A stretch of DNA of 52,942 bases, filler included, from Basidiobolus ranarum (taxonomy: Eukaryota), in NCBI GenBank assembly GCA_040143965.1. It is 3 parts of 3 records of this genome, joined end to end, with 100 filler letters (N's around TTAATTAATTAA, not from the genome) between each part and the next. Parts side by side here need not be neighbours in the genome. Positions count along the whole stretch, not along the records: positions 1 to 17,596 come from JASJQH010000300.1; positions 17,697 to 35,285 come from JASJQH010000301.1; 1 more part is not named here. One strand, 5' to 3'. The notes under the pieces are model-generated. The model was not told the origin of the DNA. It did no database searches and worked only from the letters and a program-made list of their open reading frames with translations. This document shows, in pieces, positions 14,075 through 27,415 of the stretch. Within the stretch, counting starts at the first letter, position 1. Every line of letters starts with the position of its first letter. The translations under genes were made by a program, and so were the position numbers.

Positions 14075-14982
14075 AGTATCCTATGGATAGGAAGGATGTG
14101 CTTTTTAAAGAAATATTCACAACATTACAATCATACTAAACACATCAACCTTTGTTGGTTCTTCTTATTCCACATCATCACAACCCCACCTCGTAATAGC
14201 ATGTAAAATCTGATCATTATTTGTAATAAACAACTGACAGTAAAGCCATATATTAGTATCCTTTATATGTGTAGTATTAACGCCTTCTGATCCATGAGGA
14301 TTGATTGATACTCGTTAAATGTTACTGATTTAATTAGTAGATCCGTGTCAATATTCCCACTCTGAGCTAAAGGTACTTACAACCTGAAAGTAATCGGTGT
14401 GGTTACTTTTCATGAGCATATTAGAAGAACAGTTCATTTTCAACTAGATGTTGATATCAATCAGCTTGGTTTTTTATTACTTTCATTTTGCCGAGTTTTG
14501 ACTTATTCACAAAGAAAGCAGGTGATATCAAGTATTGTGAGGGGTGGGGATTGTCGAGATGTTGGTCACCAGATGCGGTAGGAATCAGCCATAGGTTAAA
14601 CATCCGCAGTGCGACAAGAAGGGATGCCAAAGTACTCTCCACATCTATCTGGAAAGTGTACAAGACATAGGGATGGATTGCGTTGGGTCGAAATGGAGAT
14701 GGTTGATGAATAGATAAATATCAAATAAGATGACATTTTAACTTGCGCTAAGGATACATGATTATTAACGAAAACACAGGTGTCCATATCAAACAGTAAT
14801 TATTCCAAGGAAATGAAAAGAAAATTAAACCAGAAACCTTAGAGATGATGCTCATAGTATACGAAAAGATAAATACAGACTAAGATTTTAGAAGGTATAA
14901 GGGCGAGAAAATGGGTGAAACAAGTCATTTTTTCAACGGCAGGTAGATGGATCAGCTAGAAATTCCCACATAAATGGCGTCG

Positions 14983-16434
14983 CTAACTATTTTCAACGGT
15001 CAACGTTGTTGAAACTAGTAAGTAATGCTCTAACACTGTATAGGACGTCAAGACAACCATGGCTACTCGGTAGCCAACGTTGAACCAAAACACATCATTG
15101 AAAGTGTGAGTAGCTACTGGATAGAGTCCCATCAAGTCGAGGTCGGTCAATCCCAAAATTGGCACAAGAATCGGCAGCGCTGAGGCAAACAATAGCAGAA
15201 GTGCAGTATTGGTAAGCAGCACCAGAGTGGAGGTGTTATGGATTTTGGGTTTAAGCTTACTGAACCAGGTGCTTTCGTAACATCCAATTAAAAAGGTGAT
15301 CACGAAGTAAACCACCAAAGCAAACTCCATAAGAGCTATGATATAACGTGAAAGTGGAAGGTGTGATAGTGACAATGGGAGTGTAGTTAGGACACGGCCG
15401 CGGTATTGATCTATGGTTTCGTGGGATTCGGAGACAGAGAAGATATTTTTCGTCAAAGTAATGGCTACCGTCCAAACAAAAAGAAACCATATTCCAATAT
15501 TTAAAATGAATAAGATTACAAAGCTGGTGTTTCGGTAGAGTGGTGATTGATTTAAGCGCTTTTCTACTTTACGCTCTTGGCGCTCTAACGCAACTAATCG
15601 CTTGCGTAATTCTCTAACAGTGTCCCCAACCTCAGCGCGGTTCACGGAACCGGAGAGTTTACGCGCCGCGAAGGTTCCGGTCTTTAAACTCGAGTCAAAT
15701 CCACGACGAAGTTTAGTTAAATGGTAATCCAACTTTTGTTGGCACGAATTTCTCTCACATTTCAGCTCTGCCAAGTATGCTCGTAGTTTTTGACGATAAT
15801 TTGGCTTCAAAGGTAACGTGTGAATCCATTTGAAAATAGCAAGAGCCCCTTTAGGGACCATTTTGATTGATAGTAACGCCGTAGTAATAAAAGTACCCCA
15901 GTGAAGTACAACTGCATGCTCTTCATTCCATCCAAACAACTGTTGCAACACAAATATGAAGGTGTACACTAAAGTCGAAACGAGAAGGAAGACAATCATC
16001 GCTTGTCTGGATTTTTGAACAAACGAACGAAGTAACAAGTCAGTCTCTAGATAAAAATATGCAAAGGGAACCAGGCCAAACAAAGATATTGTGTTTCCAA
16101 AGAAAGCATAACGAGCAATAGTCGATAAAAGATCAGCATCCAGCCAATACAACCAGCCGTTCTGAGCGATTATTGGTAGCAGACAAAGGATCATAACTGT
16201 CACTGGGATGAACACCAGTGTTATGAAAGCCAAAGTCAAACAACATACGCAAATTAACTTGGGTAATAATGATTGAGCATCGTCGTCTTCTCCGGTGAAG
16301 CGTGCTTTACGTTGGAACTTTTGAGTTAGGAAGTAAGCGGGCACACAAACGAACAAGAAATATAAAAACGTTAATATATTCTCTCTCAGTATTTGGTAGA
16401 ATTGTTCAGATGGATCATGGTTATGTAACATCAT
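14983..16434 (-). CDS. LMBR1/LMBR1L-like multi-pass membrane protein
   Basis: 483-aa intronless ORF with many TM segments and a central coiled-coil loop; VPFAYFYLE and SALPILVPILGLTDLDLMG resemble LMBR1-family motifs. Confidence 0.75.
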   Translation of the reverse strand: MMLHNHDPSEQFYQILRENILTFLYFLFVCVPAYFLTQKFQRKARFTGEDDDAQSLLPKLICVCCLTLAFITLVFIPVTVMILCLLPIIAQNGWLYWLDADLLSTIARYAFFGNTISLFGLVPFAYFYLETDLLLRSFVQKSRQAMIVFLLVSTLVYTFIFVLQQLFGWNEEHAVVLHWGTFITTALLSIKMVPKGALAIFKWIHTLPLKPNYRQKLRAYLAELKCERNSCQQKLDYHLTKLRRGFDSSLKTGTFAARKLSGSVNRAEVGDTVRELRKRLVALERQERKVEKRLNQSPLYRNTSFVILFILNIGIWFLFVWTVAITLTKNIFSVSESHETIDQYRGRVLTTLPLSLSHLPLSRYIIALMEFALVVYFVITFLIGCYESTWFSKLKPKIHNTSTLVLLTNTALLLLFASALPILVPILGLTDLDLMGLYPVATHTFNDVFWFNVGYRVAMVVLTSYTVLEHYLLVSTTLTVENS

Positions 16435-17596
16435 CTATTTAATAAGCTAACGTTATAGTACGCAAATTACGAGACCCACAGGGTGTATATGTAAAGAGGG
16501 ATGAATGTTTCGAAAATAAGTAAGTACTAACTGCTTTAGGTTGGAAGTGTAGGTAGTTGAAGGTAGAAAATAGAATTTGGTTAAATAGTGGTCTCAGCTT
16601 GTGGTCATAATTTCGAAAAATCCGCGATACACCATTCGGTCAAAAGAAAAAAACATGGATTTTTCGGCTGTTTATCGTCAAAAACATGTTTTTCGAAATA
16701 CAAATATTTGGCTCAGTGTTCGCATCAGCATGTCAAACTGGCTACAATGGAAGAGGTAAATCAAAACAGATCTTGAATCTCAGGATTCAGAGCCAAATCA
16801 ATAACCAACTAAATTTGGCTACGCGACTTGACCACTTAGCCAATAGGGTGTCAAGTTGATGGCTAGATGCAAGTGGAAGATCATCTGCGGGTCAGCTGGC
16901 TAAGCTTACCATGTAACTATATGAAATCTAGCAAAACTTCCTTGCAAATCACGATTTCTGTGGGAGCTCTCTCAGGATAAACACATACCGTCGCTTTCTT
17001 GCTAAGGCACATTATGTTGCTATTTGGTAATCCTTAACATCCACTTGTGGATTGCGGTGGTTGGGTAACGAGTCGATGTTTCTATTTGCGGAGCCTTTAT
17101 TTAACAGAACTTAAGGGCTAGAGATGTCTAGCAGTCTGTTGTCAAATGCGCCACAAAACGTATATACTGCTCAAACTGGCTACGGTGCCTAAAGGATTAT
17201 CACGAAGGCCGAAGAATGTCTAATTAGAGATCTCCCCCAGCGATTGAACTTGTCCTGGGATGCGGGTGTCCTACATAGTAATTTGAAATCACGTGGATTC
17301 GCAATAAGTCTGAATATCGGACTGGAGGTGAGCCAGTGATAGTCACATCATGATGCAACTAAGCTTTGCTCAGAATCCACATGTGACTTCTTTAAAGGAT
17401 GTTGTAAGATTGTTCGCAGTATTTTTGACCTTCTGTAGCAATAAGGAAACCGTGTGAATATGAAGTGTACCTGGATTACATTAGTGTCTAGAACATTGAC
17501 CTAGATTATCTTTAGCTTAACACACAACGGTTATGGATTCAAGACGGCCGCGCTTTATTCAACTAAACACCGGGCCAACGCCACGATTTTACTTGC

Positions 17597-17696
17597 NNNN
17601 NNNNNNNNNNNNNNNNNNNNNNNNNNNNNNNNNNNNNNNNTTAATTAATTAANNNNNNNNNNNNNNNNNNNNNNNNNNNNNNNNNNNNNNNNNNNN
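17597..17696. other. Artificial contig linker (N44-TTAATTAATTAA-N44)
   Basis: Exactly 100 nt; the central 12-mer gives stop codons in all six frames; identical to the linker at 35286-35385. Confidence 0.97.
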
Positions 17697-18016
17697 GTGG
17701 TTTGGAGAATTAGAGGAATTGGTGGTTTTCACTTATTGATTTATTGAGTAGAAAGTTGACATTTATAGTTTTGTCAAGATGTAAACAAACTAATGTGTAG
17801 AATATGTCAAGGAAGGTCCCAGGAACATGTGTGCAAAGTTTGGGGCTTCTAGCCCAAGCTTGAAAAATCTATATATCTGAGAACTTCCAAGTTGGTAAAA
17901 ATATTCCAGGTAAATTCCAATTGAGAATAATTGATAATATCTTAGTGAATTATAAGACAGATAAGTACTAAGCTATATATGACTATATAGGTGTTTAGGC
18001 AATGCTAATTTCAACA
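17697..18016 (-). mobile_element. Ty1/copia LTR, truncated by the contig edge, inverted relative to the adjacent copy
   Basis: Starts TGTTGAAATTAGCATTG on the minus strand at 18016; ungapped match to 52733-52942 with 8 mismatches in 210 nt. Confidence 0.88.
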
Positions 18017-18447
18017 ACCAAACCATTAGCTAGACAGAAATTTGAGAAATTTAGACCTTTATTAGGATTAATTTATATAACTATTTAGTTGAGGGAGAGT
18101 GTTGAAATTAGCATTGCCTAAAAACCTATATAGTCGTATATAGCTTAGTACTTTGTTATCTTATAATTTGCTAAGACATTATCCATTATTCTCAATTGAA
18201 ATTCACTTGGAATATTCTTACCAACTTAGAAGTTCTCAGATATATAAATTTTTCAAACTTGCTTTAGAAGCCCCAAGCTTTGCACACACGTTTCTGGGAC
18301 CATCCCTAACACATTCTACACATTAGTTTGTTTACATCTTGACAAAACTACAAATGTCAACTGAATACTCAATAAATCAATCAGTGAAAACCACCAATTC
18401 CTCTAATTCTCCGAACTGCTTCCAACAGGCTCCCAAATACTTTACCA
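18017..18447 (+). mobile_element. 3' end of a Ty1/copia element: RNase H C-terminus, PPT and 348-bp 3' LTR
   Basis: 18017-18088 reads TKPLARQKFEKFRPLLGLIYITI* (copia RNase H end); polypurine tract TTGAGGGAGAG 18089-18099; LTR TGTTGAAA...TTTACCA 18100-18447 containing TATA-like and AATAAA signals. Confidence 0.88.
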
Positions 18448-18497
18448 TCTCCAACCACTTGCAACAGGCTCCCAAAATATTTTAACATTACCAGAGT

Positions 18498-18717
18498 TGA
18501 AGTTTCATGTATATAAATTTTTCAAACTTGTACTAGAGACTTCAAACTAGGTATACATGCTCCTAGGATCTTTGTTAATACATTCTATATGTTTGTTTAT
18601 ATATTCTTTGACAAATGTATAAATGTCAACTTTCCACTCAATAAATTAATAAATGAAAACCACCAATTCTTCTAGTTCTCCAAACCACTTCCAACAAACA
18701 TTCAAAATGCATTAACA
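18498..18717 (+). mobile_element. Older, diverged partial LTR of the same family
   Basis: Aligns to the LTR 3' portion (AAATGTCAACT...GAAAACCACCAATT...ATTAACA). Confidence 0.75.
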
Positions 18718-20514
18718 TGTAGAAGTTCAACCTGTGGTAATAGGTAGGGTAAACTCAGTAGTTCCTGGTACCATAGAATTTGATCTGCAGTTGTCAACAC
18801 TTTCCTTGCGATTGAGATATAGTGGTATCTAACTATCACTAGAGAGTCAAGCAGAAATTCCACTCTAAAGCACTGTTAAAAATGTGCTAACAGTATCATT
18901 GTTCCGATCTTCAAGCGAATGGCTCAAATTAGGGGCCTTCGGGTTCTTTGTAAGCACTGCAACAATATGTCACTTCAGATTTTGTAAGATTATTTACGAT
19001 TTGTTGAAAAATATTCGAAGAAAATTGTTCTGAAAAAGCGAAACATCAAGTCCATAAAGATATCTCGAGAGATACCAGACAAGATGTATTATAATTCAGT
19101 TAATACTCTTGGTCCGCGCCATTTGCAAACTAATCATGGATGCGTGGACTAGCTTATGGTAAGCGGATCTTTAAATGTAAGTAAGGTACTACAGACAAAT
19201 TCCTGCCCTTTTTGTTAAATCCGGGTGGTAGATGAGTTTTATGGGATGCGAAGAATCCTCTCGTTACTTGTATTTCTCTAACCAGTTATCCCCAGAATCA
19301 TGTGATCACCCAGATGGACTCGGGTCTCCACGAATATCTGATGTCTATTCAGATACTCTAATATAGGTGCTAATCTAACACCACTGACAAACTTCAATCA
19401 CCAGAGATGAGCAAGTTAGTGGTGGAATTTATACACTGGACAGAACGGTGCGCTGAAAAAGTTTCAAAAAGTACAAAATCCTAGACCATACAAAAGATAA
19501 AAATATCCTATTGTATATCGTTACGGCCTTTTAAGGTCAACTGTTTTTATATGTAAGTAAAAAATTCCAACCAAATTTCTGTTCAGGTGCAAAAACCAAG
19601 TGTTTGAAGGTCATAGCCAATACTACTGAAGATTCTCCCCTTCATCTTTGGAATCGTGATCTGGCTGCTACTTTGAACTTTAGACATATCCTTTTTAACT
19701 TGCGCTCAAAGGGAGAAAGACCAGAACGTTTTTGCATATTGAAGGAACCTCTCTCCACCGGGTATAAAAGAAAGGGTATCTCGTCAGCTAGCAGCTGTCG
19801 ACCAACTCAAAAAGCAATCAATTCTATGTGGTTATCGAATCCTGTGTGGCCATCGCTACAAAGTATCTTTTGCCATGTCTGAGCTTTTCTCCAATTTATT
19901 TTATGAAATGTCTAATTGATCTTTTTAATTCATCTTATTTTAGATTAAACTGTAGTACGATTATCATCTCTTTGTCGCGTTTATTGCACCGCGCCATTCC
20001 TGGTCACTTGGTTAGATAGCTTAGTACCCAATACAATCTTTCTACAAACAATCAGACAAGTGGTGAAGCTGGCTCTTTCTTGAAATATTCCGTTATGAGC
20101 TTTATTTTTGGGTACAGACGGAAAACTTCAATGCATATACAGACGCCATAATTTGGCATAATACCAATTCCTTCGATTAGAAGGGAAAATAAATCAGGTG
20201 TAATGATATAGAATTGAGGGAGACAATAAATATATACAAGGTGATAATAACATAGGCCGAGGATGATGCTAAAAAACCTAGGATATCTCCAATTACCAAC
20301 ATGAGTGAAAGTAATGGATATCTCGTTAGACTGATGGGTGGTATAAGCGATCTTGCGAGCATATGCCGTAAGATGCTCACGATAATACATATATATTTGG
20401 TGGAACAGTACATACGTATCCTTATCTATTTTATCCTTTACAAAGATATACGCGGCCATAGCAAGGAATTGGGAGGGTCCATAGACTTGTAGTTATAAAC
20501 TGTGGATTTGTTGT

Positions 20515-21595
20515 TCAAACTAGACCAAACCAAGGATGCTTTTTAATGGACTCTACGTCCAAACGTTTCTTTGGATTGCTTTGCAACAAAGATCGGAGCA
20601 AGTCAGCTGCTTCAGGTGAGATAGGTCTGTCTCGAGGTAATCTATAATCGGCGTTGGCAATTCTGTAAAAGAAACTACGTCTGGATTGACTTCCGTCCAT
20701 GGAAAACGGCAAGTATCCAACTAGCATTGCGTATAACATAACTCCCAACGACCACACGTCCGCCGTGAATCCATTAGAAGGCTGTCCTAGAATCACTTCA
20801 GGTGCTGTGTATTCCTCTGACCCACAGCGTGTGGTTAATATAGAGTTTTCATCAACAATCTCTGCTAACCCCAAGTCGGTAATCTTAACGTATACTGACT
20901 CTTCGGACAGCTCGTGTATTAGGACATTTTCCAATTTGAGATCGCGGTGACAAATATTTTTACTATGGAGATATTCGACAGCTATTTTGAAGATAATTTG
21001 TAAGTATGTGATGCGAGAATTGATAGAATAAAGACCTCTTACCATCTACTATATGCTTGAATATCTCCCGTACTTTGCTTTCACAATATTCGTTTGAATG
21101 ATTTGCTACGTAGTCGAATAAATCCCCATCTTGTACATACTCTAATACCAGTACATAATGAGTTTCTGTTTCAAAAGACTCATGGAACGTCACGACGTTA
21201 GGGTGTTCCAGGGTTTTCAACATCTGGATTTCGCGTAAGATAAGATGTTTGGTGGATTGATCACAGTTCAATTCCACCATTTTCAGTGCAACTAGACGTC
21301 CAACATTTTTCGAATCCTCGGCAAGGTAGACTTGTGAGAATGAACCAGAACCCAGGGGCCTTAAAACATTGTATGAACCAACGGTAAATAAAATATCTTT
21401 CGTCACTGGTGTAGATACGGGTGTAAGCAAAGAGAAATCTGATTCGGCTGTTGAGGAGGTATTACATGATAAAAACGATGCGGAGGGGTTTTCAGAGGAT
21501 TTAGGTATTCCATAGGAGGTGGAAGTTTCCGACATGTTGCTAAGACCCAAAACGGAGGGAAGACCGGATATGGAACTATGTGGGTAAGAGTTCAT
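20515..21595 (-). CDS. Ser/Thr protein kinase (CAMK group, Prr1-like); one intron 20982-21042
   Basis: GSGSFS, VALK, HRDLKLEN, DLG, RCGSEEYTAPE, DVWSLG; splicing restores HIVD-AVEYLH. Confidence 0.9.
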
Positions 21596-24500
21596 CTTGG
21601 TGTACGAGTGAAACTTTTAAATTACAGGAGTGGCTCGATGGCTGGTAAATATATAATAGGTTTTTCCTTCAGTTCAGTACTTTTGTATCGTAGGATATGA
21701 GATGGATTCTTCAGATATTCGTCAGTTTTAACGAAGAGCTAAAGATGTCCGTGGTAGACGAGGTTTATGTTGAGAAGCGACAGAAAATAGGCTTAAAAGC
21801 CAATTGTATATATATGAAAGTGCTTCCGGATTGAACTATATAGTAGGCTACAAGATTTTACACTAACGCTAAATAAACCCCAATGTGACAAGTTAGGAGT
21901 ATGCAGGAGACGATAGATGAAGAATGCAGCGAAAAACAAGGTAATCGATAAAAAATAGACGAATAGATTTACAAGACTCTTGAGGGAAAAGAAACAGGCA
22001 ATATAAAGGAAAATCACAGGCTGAGGGTAAAACTCTTTACCCCTTTTTCATCAGCTACTTTTCTTTCCCCTCAAATTGCTTAACAATCGGACATTGGACC
22101 AAAATGTAATAGAATAGAAAACCATTGTTCGATGCGAGTCTACTATTTTAGTAATCATCCATATTAGATAACTAAATATTAAGATCCCCATTTAGTTGTA
22201 TTTTTACCCTCCTAGTTTAGAATACCATTGGATAGAGTTGGGTATGAAGGCAACTGGCTATTTTAAATCAATCGTTTGATAGTGAATATAATTAAATTCA
22301 TTTCGCTGTTGGATCGGTCACCGTACGATCCGGGAATATCCGAGTGATTGAGTGTGGTAGCATATTCGACGCAATCGGCTTTCCCAGTCGGCCAGCATTC
22401 AGTGATCAGCTACATGAGCCAATATAAATAAATGAAGCGCCGAGATGGGAAAGTTATTTACCATAGGGGAGGGTAGAAATGCCAACGTGAGCCTTCTCAA
22501 TGGATCGTTGACTGTATACATATCTAAATGATATTCATCTATGTGCGTATTGTACCAAGCACAGACATCCAACACATAATTCAGTAATGAATGCCGGCCA
22601 ACTGAGAACCCGTTGTTGCAAAGAAAGGTTTGTTCTTAATTGAAACACTGAACACGATAGTTTAGGAGATTTAAAACCACCTATATTTGAGACTTGATAT
22701 AACAATGACTTGTTTAGGTTGAGAAGCAAATTTGAACAAGATCAAGAGGGTAGTAAATTTGCTTGCTCTAATCAAAGCTAAATTACTGGTAAGCAGAGGC
22801 CGATCTCTAGTATATTATAGATATCATAGAATGGAGGAGAAGGGCTCAATCAAGTAATGCTAAGCATTTTGCAGTGCGACTAGGCCATGATTGCAGACGA
22901 GAATACTAGTATTCGAAATCCCTCTGCATTAGCCAGAAATATGGAAACCATGAAGGGTCATTGATGCATCACTGTATTGTTCTGTTGACTAGCAAGGTGT
23001 TCGTTAGTGAAACGATGCCTTCTTGATGCAGCTCATACATAAACCAGTGATTCCATTCTGAATATTCGAAAGAAAGCGCTTCAACACCCGCTGTACACCA
23101 AACCATCCCAATATCATAAACATTCTCTCTCCATATCCATTTAGGTTGTAGATCAAATTTGTTTCTTGAGCTGTGGTTTGGGATGTTCGTGTCAATTGCG
23201 CTTGAGATCCAGCATCAAACATATATTAGTAACTGGTGTAGAGGCTTGAACAGATTGGTTATCAGTTTAGTTTCATGAGGTCTAGGCCTGCAGATTGGAG
23301 GTGGGAATGATTCGAATCAGTATCACGGATACTAATTGAAACTGAGTTTCATTCTTAGCTCAATCGAAATTCCGGGTCCAAGCTATTGTTGTTGTACATG
23401 AGCCATTGAATCGAGTCTCTACTAGCAGCAATGGTCAACTCATCATTCCATTGGCTGAAGAAGTGACCTATGCTCCTCCACTTAGTGTGGGATGGTATGC
23501 AATGGCAACCTAGCAAGCGCATATGGTATCCGCAGAAAAAGCCATTTCGTTCGGCTCGGGCTATTTTGATATCAACTTTGATTCATATATTAACACTGTG
23601 AAGAAGGGGCTGGAAAGGAAGATCCATGGAGCCACGGAATGGTACTTTTGATCCTCGGGTAAAGCTCGCAGATACCTAGAGAATGGTACAGATGCAGGAT
23701 TCCAGAGTACACGCTTAATTTGGAACAGTTTTGATATTCAGCTAAGGCAAGAATTCTTGAAACCTCCCGGTTAGATCAAGGAATGGATGATATTCATAAA
23801 GGATAAGTACACAATGCATATATGACTCTATTGTGCCACAGCATCTCTTACGTCAAAATTCTGAACTTTATATTGTTTATGTCAGTTAGTCCTTCATACC
23901 CGTTTGCACAATTCTACTTGAGCGCAGCAGTTGCCTAACACGGCGAAGTATCAGGTGAGTCTCCTCTAAGCCATCTACCACGAGGACAGTTGACTCATTA
24001 TGGCTTCATGGAAACTCCTAATTTGGCATTCCAAGTTGGAGATTCGATTCATTCCGTTTGTGCATGAACACTTGATCTCCCACCCAACTTTGGGGAGGGT
24101 GATTTAAGGGTGATTTCGGTCTTCAACATGATAGTCATTCGCTTATTCGCATGGATTTCTCAAATAGAATAATACTAGGTCATTAGTGAAGATATGGCAA
24201 ATCATGTGTTGCTTGAGATCATTATTAATGGGTATTGGCGATTATCAGTAAGATACTGCTACGTAAAGCCAGACTCCTCTTCCCAATGCTGACTAGTATG
24301 ATCGTGGATTCTCTGGAAATTCACCACTGGACACACCCATATTAGTAGGGATTTCGAGGTTTGCTCTCTCGAACAAGGCCATGTTGGGGTTGAGAACTTT
24401 ACAACTACCGCTATGGATCATCGATAGAAGGAACCACGTATGCCTAACTAGCCAGCATTTGACTGCTTCTCCTTTGACTAAGCCAAACTCATAACTTGTC

Positions 24501-25759
24501 ACCATTTTAGTCATGTTGGCTTTCTTTCATTAACAATATTGAAGATGATTTTCATAGATATCTTGCAGTTAAGTTATATGATGTTGGTAGAAGGAATCTC
24601 TGGTAATGTACTGTTCTGCGGGACATATGTTTATGAACACCTTTCAAGTTCAACGCCTACGTTTTGTGTATATTCTCAAGAGAAATATTCTTGTCCATGC
24701 TCAATCTGCGGGCGACTCTAACGAATCACTTCAGTAATTGATTATAATGTTTACCAACGTCAGTATTCCCCTATTCTGCGTCGTTTTGTTGAACGTTAAT
24801 ATCATAGATCAAAGATCGAGGATCAAGCGGTATCCAAGAAATCCTTAAAAAATGTTGCTTGCAGATGACTGGACGAATCCAAGCTAACCAATCAAGCTGA
24901 TATGGATCGGTGATATCGCTCGCATAAGCCTTCCTATACTAAGTTTAATTGAGTTTATGCAAGGTGCCTAGATGGACTATAGAAGGTAAAAGTCCAGAGG
25001 ACATATCGGAGTACTTATTCTCTCCATAGCACCAGAAGTCATGAGAACTCCTATTTTTCTTTTTATCAAGGTGCGATTATATCTAGTAATGTGCGGTCTA
25101 ATCCAGCCAAAATTTCCCATCGAATGATATCGCACTAGCATGTATGTTACATATTTCTATCTTTTCCAACATTAAACCAAAGCTGTGAATTGATGTATAG
25201 TCATCGAATACGCGTGTTACTTTGACTACTAGTCAGCGATTAGTTAATGCTTCCTATAATAAATGCCCTAAGCATGATATGTTGAGAAATAAGATTTTTA
25301 CCCGATGGAAGTCAATAAATCATTAGTACTTCCAGGACACTCACCACCCGAGAATCAACCAGGCAAATTAGTTCCAACGCAGAAGCTACCACAAACATTA
25401 TCTGGCTATATATTCCATTTTTACATTTATTGTTTTGCTGTTACTTACACAAGTTCATGTTTTTAGAAGTTGAAATCAAGATGAGGGATATGGACTTGAG
25501 GAGTTGGTGTACAAAAGTGCTATTTTGATTTTCCAATTTACAAAAAGGTAATTGGTGGATTATTTTCTAAGCGCCTTGTTTAACTATCTACAAGAATTCT
25601 AAGGGAAATGAACCAAGTGAATTCTTGTCTAGTAAATAAAATGGGGTTGACTTAAATAGAAGGAACAGAGAAACCAATATACTCGCAAGACAGTAAAAAA
25701 ATGAATTAACAACCTAAAGTAACTCAAGTGGACAACGAAGAATATCATTCACAGGAAAC

Positions 25760-26361
25760 TCAAAGAAGTGCTGAAGCAATACACTGGTTGACCACTTCCA
25801 GTAGATGTGAGTTTTCTAAAGCTGCTGCTACTCTTTCCTTGTCGTTTAGTTGCTTGTTAACTATATTGTTCATCAGTATTTGTTACAAATTGTTTCAATA
25901 TATACAGCGATACATACCGGCTACTTCACTTTGGTGAGTTCCCTCTCTCACTGAGATGTCGATTTTAAACCGATCTGGTAGAGAACGAAGCAATCTTACG
26001 CGAATACAGAGTCCTATTAGAGTAGCCATAGAACAATGCGGGATGGTTGGAGTAAATTCGACCAAGACCGAGTTTCCAGCATCGTCGACGTGAACATGAT
26101 CTTGCTGAACTACATTGAGTTGCTCCAGCGTTAAAGGATGTTCAGGATCATTAATATTTTTAATGAGTTCTATGAAAATAATCTTTTGTTAATCTCTAGC
26201 TCAATTAAGTTAAATCGAATTATCCAAGTACCAAATATTTCTTGTTCATCGAAAGGATCTTGTGTTGACTCGTCTTCTTCTTCAAGTCGAAACACTCTCT
26301 CTACCTTGGTCTTTGGAGCGTGTATGACAGGATTAGCGTTGATAAGATTTGGTCCGGCCAT
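25760..26361 (-). CDS. CIA2: Cytosolic Fe-S assembly component MIP18/FAM96B; two introns
   Basis: Manual translation: LINANP...[16 protein letters not shown]...[27 protein letters not shown]...[23 protein letters not shown]; mostly missed by the ORF track. Confidence 0.92.
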
Positions 26362-27415
26362 GCTGAATTTCACAGGTTAACAACCAATTAGTGGTTTCGG
26401 GTGTATTTAAAGGAGAGAAAAATAAATGGAGCGTTTCTTGATATTTTTGAGGGGTGTACTTTTAAGATTACTCATCCATTATTAGGTAATGTGCGGTTAT
26501 AAAACTGTGATTTAAGTTCATATCTTTTCTATATGAAGTAAAATAATCGACATTGGACGGGTCTGATTTGCTTGAATTTATTAGGTTTTTAATTTACTAC
26601 TAGTCGTTGTAATGCATGATGTTGACACATACCCCAGGTATATATCATGTCGTGAGTCACATCCACCCTACCTGACCACATCAGATAGTACGCTTGCTAT
26701 TTGCACTCGAAATTGATAATCACCTGGGAACATGAGTTGAAACTAAAGTAGTTCTGTATATTGGGATTTTGTTTGAATTAAAGTGAGTGTAAACCACAAT
26801 TAAGCACCTTCAAGTCCTTATATTAAAGTAACCAATATTTTTACTATGCATCTTCTATATACCCGGGTTTGTTCGTTTGGGTAAAACTAGGATAGTTTAC
26901 ATGCAAAATATATGCCCGATGAAATTCAACACTAGCCTTGGAACTTCCTGGTTATTCATTCCAAAGTTTGAGTGGATGGTTATAGAGGTACGCCAGTTGA
27001 TCAAGATCCAGTCCATGGAATATACATTCTTGATTTTGTTCATATCACCAATAACAATCAAATTCAATTGAGTTAACATGGATTCCTCATGGAGGTCCAT
27101 GCTGATGTGTGTTTAAGCGAATATGGGGTTCACCAACCTTTTGACTTGAATGTTCAAGCGTTGATAAAGTTAGTGATAAGTTACTCAAATCCACAATTTG
27201 TGAGAATAGCCAGAGATCGATCTGTATATCCTACTATCAGTTTTTAGAGATTTTTATTGATTTCTATGCTCAATACATGGAAAATTCCTAGAAGAGATAT
27301 ATTGAAGTTTTGAGGTAAGTCAAAAGATATGTTCATTTCATTAATTTTGTGCATAGTAACATATTATCAAGCAAAGAGGGTTAAATAATGAAGTTTTTTT
27401 GAAGTTATCAAAGGC

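Noticed and set aside
17697-18420. MITE or foldback transposon
   Set aside because: The arms are TG...CA LTRs, and the spacer encodes the copia RNase H end and PPT.
20052-20459. 135-aa hydrophobic ORF downstream of the kinase
   Set aside because: No motif recognised; composition is compatible with AT-rich non-coding or decayed sequence.
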